Assembly: GCA_965203325.1 (NCBI GenBank)
Contig: OZ241875.1
Coordinates: 2,656,001 to 2,720,000, forward strand
DNA length: 64,000 nucleotides
DNA from: a bacterium
Lineage (GTDB): Bacteria; UBA8248
Reading direction: 5' to 3'
Program-made: the position numbers and the translations under genes
Shown: piece by piece, positions 57,589 to 64,000 of the stretch
Numbering within the stretch: position 1 is the stretch's first letter
Layout: the number at the start of each line of letters is the position of its first letter
The notes under the pieces: generated by a model
The model's input: the letters and a program-made list of their open reading frames with translations, nothing else
What the model was told of the DNA's origin: nothing
Database searches by the model: none

Positions 57589-59110
57589 GGGGCTGTTGAA
57601 AAACCCCGTTTTGAAGCGGGAGGTATGGCGTCTCACGCAGCGGCGGAGAGGAAGCCCGCGAGGTGCGTGAGGCCGCCAGGAACGCGCATTCGGCGTCTCA
57701 AGGCGGCGCAGGCCCTCCACAGAGCGAATAAACGCGCCGCAACAGCGGCGGCGAGCCGCTTGAGGTTCACCGCAGTCGCCGTCAGGTAGGCCTGGATCCT
57801 TATGTTCGCAAGACCCCGGCGCACCGCCCGCGCCAGGCCGTGCCAACTCTTCGCCTCGCCGTGATAGCCCTCCGAGCGACCCATGTGCCGGCGCCACAGC
57901 CGACCCTCCTCCTCCCCACGGCGCGTGTGGCGACGGCGCGCGCGTAACAGCGCCGGATACTCATGCGGAACCAGCACCGTCCTGCTCGTGCGGGACTTCG
58001 ACAGACAATCGGCCTTGAGCGCGCAGCCCGCGCAATCGCGCGTCCTCGATACATAGTAGCGACCCCGCTCCGTCTCCTTCCGGGGGCGCAGCGTCTTGCC
58101 CCCCGGACACTTCACCACCTTGTGACGCTCATCGTAGCGGAACAGCTGCAACGGCACCCGGCTCTGGGAAGGCTCCTTCTTCGCCGGTATCACCGCGTCC
58201 ACCCCCCGACGCTCCAATGCGCCGTACACCTTCGAGTACGCATAGCCCGAATCCGCCGTCACCACCCCGGGCGCGCGCCCCGTGAGCTCGCAAACCGCAT
58301 CCAACTGCGGCTCCATCATCTCCCGCTCGTTCAACGTCCCCTCCGTCACCGCAACGTCGAGGACAACGCCCCGCTCATCGTCCACCACCGCGTGGTGCTT
58401 GTAGCTCGGCTCGAACCCCGCCCGAGCGCTCTTGCGCGCCAGGCGAGCGTCCGGGTCCGTTCGGCTCACAGACCCCGAACCCCCGCCCCGGCCTTTGCCC
58501 TTCTTCTCCGTCTCATCCTCCGAATCGTTCTCCCGCACCACCTTCTCCGCGTGGCGCTCCGCCAGACTCTCCCAGCTCACGTCCGCACGTATCAAAGAGG
58601 CGTCCATGTGAACCACCTCTCCCGTCGCCACCTTCGCCTCCACGCAAGCCTGAACCGTGCGGCGCAATACCTCCTTGAAGCGCTCCTCCCCCCAGCGCTG
58701 GCGAATCCGCGTCAGGCTCGAATGGTCCGGCAACTCCTCGTCCAGCCTGTACCCGATGAACCACCGGATCGCCAGGTGCGCCTGCGCCTCGCGCAACAGA
58801 CGCCGGTCGTGGGCGTAGCCCAGCAGCAGGCCCGCCAGCATCAACCGAACCACCACTTCGGGGTCCAGGCCCGGACGGCCATTGTCCGCGCAATAGCACT
58901 CCGCCACTTCCTCGCGAAGCCAGCTCAAATCCAGTACGCGGTCCACCTGCCGCAATATGTGATCTTCGGGAATCAACTTCTCCAGCGGGCCGGCCACGAA
59001 CAAGTCCATCTGCTCGCGCCTCTTGCGATCCAGCATCGAGGGAACTCCCATCTCGGGCGAGTCGGGATAACTCCATACGATCACAAAACCAAGGGTTTTT
59101 CAACAGGCCC
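57589..59110 (-). mobile_element. IS1182-family insertion sequence, 1522 bp
   Basis: 18-bp TIRs GGG(G/C)CTGTTGAAAAACCC with 1 mismatch; 5-bp direct repeat TTGAC at 57584-57588 and 59111-59115. Confidence 0.92.
57633..59036 (-). CDS. IS1182-family DDE transposase
   Basis: LIPEDHILR, GRPGLDP, PDHSSLTRIRQR, TDPDA, ADSGY, CxxCxxxxxC, EGYHGEAK..HGL; intact frame. Confidence 0.92.
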   Translation of the reverse strand: MLDRKRREQMDLFVAGPLEKLIPEDHILRQVDRVLDLSWLREEVAECYCADNGRPGLDPEVVVRLMLAGLLLGYAHDRRLLREAQAHLAIRWFIGYRLDEELPDHSSLTRIRQRWGEERFKEVLRRTVQACVEAKVATGEVVHMDASLIRADVSWESLAERHAEKVVRENDSEDETEKKGKGRGGGSGSVSRTDPDARLARKSARAGFEPSYKHHAVVDDERGVVLDVAVTEGTLNEREMMEPQLDAVCELTGRAPGVVTADSGYAYSKVYGALERRGVDAVIPAKKEPSQSRVPLQLFRYDERHKVVKCPGGKTLRPRKETERGRYYVSRTRDCAGCALKADCLSKSRTSRTVLVPHEYPALLRARRRHTRRGEEEGRLWRRHMGRSEGYHGEAKSWHGLARAVRRGLANIRIQAYLTATAVNLKRLAAAVAARLFALWRACAALRRRMRVPGGLTHLAGFLSAAA

Positions 59111-59545
59111 TTGACAGGGGGGTATGAAAAGGCGACGCCCGCCGCCGGTAGAGGTTTTTTTCTTGCCCCCTGACGAGGGGGCTTTCTTTTTTTGCCCCCC
59201 TGACAAGGGGGGGTAGGGGGGGGGTTGATTTTCTAAGCGAGAGCCTGCGCCTCCGCCCTGTTTCGGGTTTTGGCCGGAATGACGGCGGTGGTCAATTCCG
59301 ACCGAGGATGACTTTTCCAACAACCCCTCTCCCGTCTTGCGGCGGTTTTGATAAACATGGTATTCTCTCTCATTATATTCATCATAAAATCATTCAATGC
59401 TCTTTCGGTATTACTGTATTTCCTGTGCAGAGGAATCGAAGGAGAGCCATATTTTCCCGACACATTCGGTGCGCCCCGTCTCGGGGCGTTGATTGAGTCC
59501 ATGACGCAAGCCGCGAATCCTGCGGCCCAGAGGGAGGCTGAAATC

Positions 59546-60592
59546 GTGGATAACAGAACGAACGTACGGGGTCTCATCTTCAAATCGGTATTGGCGGTTA
59601 TTCTGGGAGTGGCGCTCGTCTTCACGGCCGCCACGCCTTCGGAGTCGGCCGTCAAGCGGGTCGTCATCACCCAGGCGGTCGAGAGCCTCGCCTTCGTCAG
59701 CAACTACGTGGCGCGTGCGAACGGCTACTTCGCCGAGGAGGGTCTGGCCGCCGAGGTCATCTCCACGCGGGGCGGCGGGCCGGACATCAAGGCCAACCTC
59801 GCGGGCCAGGCGGATTTCTCCATCGCGGCGGGCACCTACCAGATCAACGCCGTGAAGGCGGGCGGCGCCCTCATTGCGGTAATGAGCTGTCTCAACCGCA
59901 GCATCGTCAACTCCGCCATCCGCACAGACGTCGCCAAGAAGCTCGGCATCACCGCCAAGACGCCCTACAAGGAAAAGATCAAGAAGATGAAGGGCTTGAC
60001 CGTGGGCGCCACGCGCCCCGGCGCGCTCACCTACAACCAGGGTGAATACTGGATCCGCCAGGCCGGCTACACGCCCAACAAAGAGGTGAAGCTCATCGGC
60101 GCGGGCGCGGGCCCGGTGCTCGTCGCAGCGCTGCAGCGCAACAAGATTCAGATAGCGATCCAGACGATTCCCGTGCCGGAGACGGCCATATTCAAGGGCA
60201 TCGGCATTCCCTTCGTCACGAACTCCGCGGGCGATGACCCGGAGATGGACCAGTTCATGATGGAGGTCCTGCTCGTGCGGCCCGATTACGCGAAGAAAAA
60301 CCCCGAGACCGTCCGCAAGGTGGTCCGGGCGCTGCTCAAGGCCAATAACTGGATCGCCAAGCACAGCGCGGAGGATATTCGCAAGAAGATACAGCTCTAC
60401 TTCGCCAAGACCGACAAGAACCTGCTGCGTGTGAGCATCGAGGCGGTGAAGACGGCCGTCTCGCTCGACGGGAAAATCACCCAGCGCGCGGTGGACATCA
60501 CGCAGAACCTGCTCATCGCGGCGGGCAAGCTCAAGAAGGCGTTCCCCAGGAGCACCCTGGTGACGGACGAATATCTGCCCGGCAAGATGTGA
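59546..60592 (+). CDS. NitT/TauT-family ABC substrate-binding protein
   Basis: YVARANGYFAEEGL, MKGLTVGATRPGA, KNPETVRKVVRALLKA; GGAGG RBS before GTG. Confidence 0.88.
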   Translation: MDNRTNVRGLIFKSVLAVILGVALVFTAATPSESAVKRVVITQAVESLAFVSNYVARANGYFAEEGLAAEVISTRGGGPDIKANLAGQADFSIAAGTYQINAVKAGGALIAVMSCLNRSIVNSAIRTDVAKKLGITAKTPYKEKIKKMKGLTVGATRPGALTYNQGEYWIRQAGYTPNKEVKLIGAGAGPVLVAALQRNKIQIAIQTIPVPETAIFKGIGIPFVTNSAGDDPEMDQFMMEVLLVRPDYAKKNPETVRKVVRALLKANNWIAKHSAEDIRKKIQLYFAKTDKNLLRVSIEAVKTAVSLDGKITQRAVDITQNLLIAAGKLKKAFPRSTLVTDEYLPGKM

Positions 60593-60669
60593 GCGATAAC
60601 TTCCGACTCTGAAAACCGCCGGGGAGGGGCCGCCATCCGCCTCTCCCCGGCGTTGGAGATTCATACGCC

Positions 60670-61473
60670 GTGCCTCCAATTCTCTCGATCAAGAACCTGC
60701 AAAAAGAATTCTTCTCGCGTGGAAACCGTGTGCTCGCCGTCGAGGATTTGAGCCTCGAGATCGAAGAGGGCGAGTTCCTCACCATCGTGGGGCCGAGCGG
60801 CTGCGGTAAGTCCACGCTGCTGAACTGCATCATCGGGCTGGTGCACCCCACCTCGGGCGTCATCACCTACAAGGACAGGAAGCTGCACGGAATCAACACC
60901 GATATCGGCTACGTGCCGCAGTCGGACTATCTCTACCAATGGCGCACGCTCATCAACAACGTCGCCTTTCCGCTGGAGATGCGCGGCGTCGATCAGAAGA
61001 CCCGCCACGAAAAGGCGCGTGAACTCATCCAGCGCGTCGGCCTCGCGGGGTTCGAGGATCACTACCCCCACGAACTCTCGGGCGGAATGCGCCAGCGGGC
61101 CAACATCATACGCACTCTTATTTATGACCCCGAGGTCATCCTGATGGACGAGCCTTTCGGGCCGCTCGACGCCCAGACGCGGATCATCCTTCAGGATCAG
61201 CTCTTGAAACTCTGGCGCGAGGCGCGAAAGACCGTCATCTTCATCACGCACGATCTCGTCGAGGCCATCGCCCTGGCCGACAGGGTCGTCGTCATGACGA
61301 GCCGGCCCGGCAACTTGAGGAGCGTCGCCGAAGTGGACATTCCGCGTCCGCGCGACGTGTTCACCATCCACAGCGAGGAGGCGTTCCGAAAGACCTACGA
61401 TCAGCTGTGGCAGGAATTGCGCGAGGAGGTCCAGCGCAGCGAGGATTGGATGAAAAACGGGTCCGCCGGTTAA
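60670..61473 (+). CDS. NitT/TauT-family ABC ATP-binding protein
   Basis: [29 protein letters not shown]. Confidence 0.93.
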   Translation: MPPILSIKNLQKEFFSRGNRVLAVEDLSLEIEEGEFLTIVGPSGCGKSTLLNCIIGLVHPTSGVITYKDRKLHGINTDIGYVPQSDYLYQWRTLINNVAFPLEMRGVDQKTRHEKARELIQRVGLAGFEDHYPHELSGGMRQRANIIRTLIYDPEVILMDEPFGPLDAQTRIILQDQLLKLWREARKTVIFITHDLVEAIALADRVVVMTSRPGNLRSVAEVDIPRPRDVFTIHSEEAFRKTYDQLWQELREEVQRSEDWMKNGSAG

Positions 61474-61499
61474 AGCGAGCGGATGAGAGGGGGAACCCC

Positions 61500-62597
61500 A
61501 TGGTCGACATGATCGATAAAGAGGCGAGCGAGGGCAAGGGAACGAGCGAGCCGGAAGGAAGCGCGGGGGAGGCTCCCGCCCGCGTCAGGCTGCCCAAGCT
61601 GGGCGAGATTCTCCTGACGATTCCCCTGCCGGGCGTACCGCAAATCTGGCGGGGCGATTACCTGATAGGCGCGCTCCTGCTGGGCCTCACCGCGGCCGGC
61701 TACATGATGTGCTCGGTCACGGGCATGTTCTTCCACGCCATCGCGTTCGTGGACGTCTCCATCACGCACACCGGCCGCATCATCAAGAACTCGCGCCTGC
61801 GCATGTTCGCCTACCGGGCCTCGTTCGCGATCGGCTTTCTGGCGATGTGGGAACTCAGCGCCTGGGAGATCGGCCCCAAGCAGTGGCTCTGCGTCGATCC
61901 CTTCTGGTTCGGTTCGCCCCTGCGCGTCATGGACTATATGGTGGAGATAACGCTCTCGGGCAGCCTCTTCATCGACACGTGGACGACGATGTACGAGGCC
62001 TTCCTGGGCTACGTCCTGGGCGCCGCGCTCGGCATCGCGCTGGGCTTCATACTGGCGCGTCTGGAGACGCTGGCCGAGATACTCGACCCCTTCATCGTCG
62101 CGGTGAACGGCATTCCGCGCGTGGCGATGGCGCCGATTCTCATCATCTGGTTCGGCATCGGGGTGGAGTCGAAGATCGTACTGGCGGTGAGCCTTGTGCT
62201 CTTCCTCACCTTCATGAACACCTACTCGGGCTTGAGAGGCGTGGACCCGAACCTCAAGAACCTCGCCCAGGTGATGGGCGCGAACGAGATGCAGGTTCTC
62301 TGGAAGGTCACGCTGCCCGCCGCGATGCCCTGGATACTCACGGGCCTCAAGATCGGCGTTCCCTTCGCCATCATCGGGGCCATCCTGGGCGAGTTCATGG
62401 CGGCGAGCAAGGGGCTGGGCTTCATGATCCAGCACACGAGCAACCTGTTCAACATCGCGGGCTCGTTCGCGGGCCTCATCCTGCTCATGTTCATCGTGCT
62501 GATCGCCAACGCGGCGGTGAACTGGCTGGAGCGCTACCTCCTGCGCTGGCGGCCCAAGCAGCAGGCCGCCGGCGAGGGCGCGACGGACGTGTATTAG
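61500..62597 (+). CDS. NitT/TauT-family ABC permease with N-terminal extension
   Basis: IPRVAMAPILIIWFGIG, LPAAMPWILTGLK, GEF...KGLG. Confidence 0.9.
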   Translation: MVDMIDKEASEGKGTSEPEGSAGEAPARVRLPKLGEILLTIPLPGVPQIWRGDYLIGALLLGLTAAGYMMCSVTGMFFHAIAFVDVSITHTGRIIKNSRLRMFAYRASFAIGFLAMWELSAWEIGPKQWLCVDPFWFGSPLRVMDYMVEITLSGSLFIDTWTTMYEAFLGYVLGAALGIALGFILARLETLAEILDPFIVAVNGIPRVAMAPILIIWFGIGVESKIVLAVSLVLFLTFMNTYSGLRGVDPNLKNLAQVMGANEMQVLWKVTLPAAMPWILTGLKIGVPFAIIGAILGEFMAASKGLGFMIQHTSNLFNIAGSFAGLILLMFIVLIANAAVNWLERYLLRWRPKQQAAGEGATDVY

Positions 62598-62627
62598 GGT
62601 TTCCGGCTCGTATTCTTTCTGATTCGT

Positions 62628-62825
62628 CGCAGGGGCGGACCGCGAACCGCCCCTGCTATTTCGTTGTGTGTCTCGTAGGGGACAGGTCGCGACCTGTCCC
62701 TACACGTCCTCTTCTGTCCGGGTCGATCAAAAGCGCATTCATTTGTAGGGGCGGCCCCCCGTGACCGCCCACATCGTATATGTTCATCCCTGTGGCTGGA
62801 CAGGCACGGAGGCCTGTCCCTACAC
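62628..62825. repeat. GTAG-family REP cluster between convergent genes
   Basis: GCAGGGGCGGACCGCGAACCGCCCCTGC, GTAGGGGACAGGTCGCGACCTGTCCCTAC, GGACAGGCACGGAGGCCTGTCCCTAC. Confidence 0.8.
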
Positions 62826-62827
62826 AC

Positions 62828-63619
62828 TCACGCGTTTTTGTCCGGCGGCCAGGGGGTGACGCCGATTTCACCGCGCATCAAGCGGCGGAACGCGACCCGC
62901 CGCCGGATATCGCGCGAGACGGCGCTCATGACGCGCCGCCACGTCACCGGGATGACGCCCTCTGCGCGCTTGTGTTCGGTGCGCGCGCGTCTGCGGTCGC
63001 GCTCGATCTGGGAATCGTCTTCCTCGTCGTGCGAGACGACGGGCGGGTCGACGTAGAACACGTTCAGCCCGTTCTCCCAGAAGCGCGAGAGCGCCTGGTC
63101 GATCTCCCACATCATCATGGGCGTGTTCTCGAGAAAATGGCGGGCCGCCTCGCGCGTGATGACGTAGCCCTCGCTGCCGTAGTCATGGTAGCGCACCCGC
63201 CCGACCCGGTGCCCCGTCGAAAGACGCTCGCAGGGAATGAAGGCTCTGCGCGAGCGCCGGTTCAGCTTCACGACGTCGAAGGCGAAGGGCCTTTGCTCGA
63301 GCGCGTCCAGCACCTCGGGCAGGTCCACAGACAGCCCGGCGTCGTCTTCGAAGATCGCCACGGTTTCCGGGCCGTTCTCCACGATTTCGCGCATCACCTG
63401 CCGCTGGCTCATCCAGTTGGCGATTGAGCCGTCGGCCTGGGGCCAGAGGCCCAGCCGCCGCCGGGTTTCCCTGTCGACCATAGAGTAAGTCTCTTGTGTG
63501 AAATCCCGAACCTCGGCGGCGGGGTGAAACGCCGCTTCCATAGCAAGAGAGGCGAACTGCTCCTCCATCCGGCGGCGGCGCTCCACGGCCCTTTCGAGAT
63601 TGATGACGAACACTTTCAT
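62828..63619 (-). CDS. Glycosyltransferase family 25
   Basis: VFVINLERAVERR, IFEDDA, GYVITREAA, EID. Confidence 0.88.
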   Translation of the reverse strand: MKVFVINLERAVERRRRMEEQFASLAMEAAFHPAAEVRDFTQETYSMVDRETRRRLGLWPQADGSIANWMSQRQVMREIVENGPETVAIFEDDAGLSVDLPEVLDALEQRPFAFDVVKLNRRSRRAFIPCERLSTGHRVGRVRYHDYGSEGYVITREAARHFLENTPMMMWEIDQALSRFWENGLNVFYVDPPVVSHDEEDDSQIERDRRRARTEHKRAEGVIPVTWRRVMSAVSRDIRRRVAFRRLMRGEIGVTPWPPDKNA

Positions 63620-63861
63620 GGTCGGGTCCCCTCGTGTCGGCGGACATCTTTACTCATCCGCCGGACGATTCTGACGCATTTTCTCCATTTAGTTCAAAGC
63701 GGCTGACGACGGTAATTCGTAGGGTTTTTTCAGGTTTGATCACTTCTGAATTTGCGATGATTGAATACTGAGGAGCAATGAGTATTAGAGGAAACGCTCA
63801 ACGTCACTTCAGTAACTCGTTTCACGCAGATTCATGGATTTGCGTCGCTTCATCTTGATTC

Positions 63862-64000
63862 TCAAACTAAATCGCCGTCGTTCTTTGCGCGCCGCACCTT
63901 GCGATAAAAGTATATCCGCTTGAGCGCCTCTTCCCGTAGATTACTCAGCACGCGGCGCCCAAGTTTCCAGAAATTCCGGCTCGGCCGGGAATCCGCCGCT
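63862..64000 (-). CDS. C-terminal end of a gene entering from the window end, possibly another GT25 paralogue
   Basis: Reverse strand reads ...SRNFWKLGRRVLSNLREEALKRIYFYRKVRRAKNDGDLV*, a basic amphipathic tail resembling that of the adjacent GT25. Confidence 0.4.
   Translation of the reverse strand, partial: AADSRPSRNFWKLGRRVLSNLREEALKRIYFYRKVRRAKNDGDLV

Larger units (their letters stand above)
57525..59328. mobile_element. MITE-like element (about 277 bp without the IS) interrupted by the IS
   Basis: 25-bp inverted repeats with 3 mismatches: AGGGGTTTTTGAAAAAGTCGTCCTC (57525-57549) and GAGGATGACTTTTCCAACAACCCCT (59304-59328); no target duplication seen. Confidence 0.6.

Overview
GC-rich bacterial chromosomal window, mostly transport and catabolic genes. 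In order: the 5' end of scpA, a family-I CoA-transferase pair, a PfkB kinase, a lipoprotein with three CycH-like domains, two tandem amidohydrolases, and a two-gene thiocyanate/nitrile hydratase-like module. Next is a minus-strand operon (amidohydrolase, NifU-like, MFS, MFS) whose last gene the ORF track splits in two; it reads through an in-frame TGA as a PrdB/GrdB-like selenoprotein (UxxC motif plus SECIS-like hairpin). Then come an AT-rich DUF2806 gene, a large repeat-containing surface lipoprotein bracketed by REP/MITE-like repeats, a sugar ABC system with a duplicated permease, a complete phoBR-pstSCAB-phoU locus with Pho box, peptide-ABC, TRAP and NitT/TauT-ABC transporters, hydantoinase/oxoprolinase B and A split by a coiled-coil repeat gene, an LLM oxidoreductase, a 2-aminobenzoate-CoA-ligase-like gene, an IS1182-family element inserted into a repeat inside a MITE-like element, and a GT25 glycosyltransferase. 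No rRNA, tRNA or CRISPR array was seen. All product calls come from motif recognition by eye; no database search or folding program was run.
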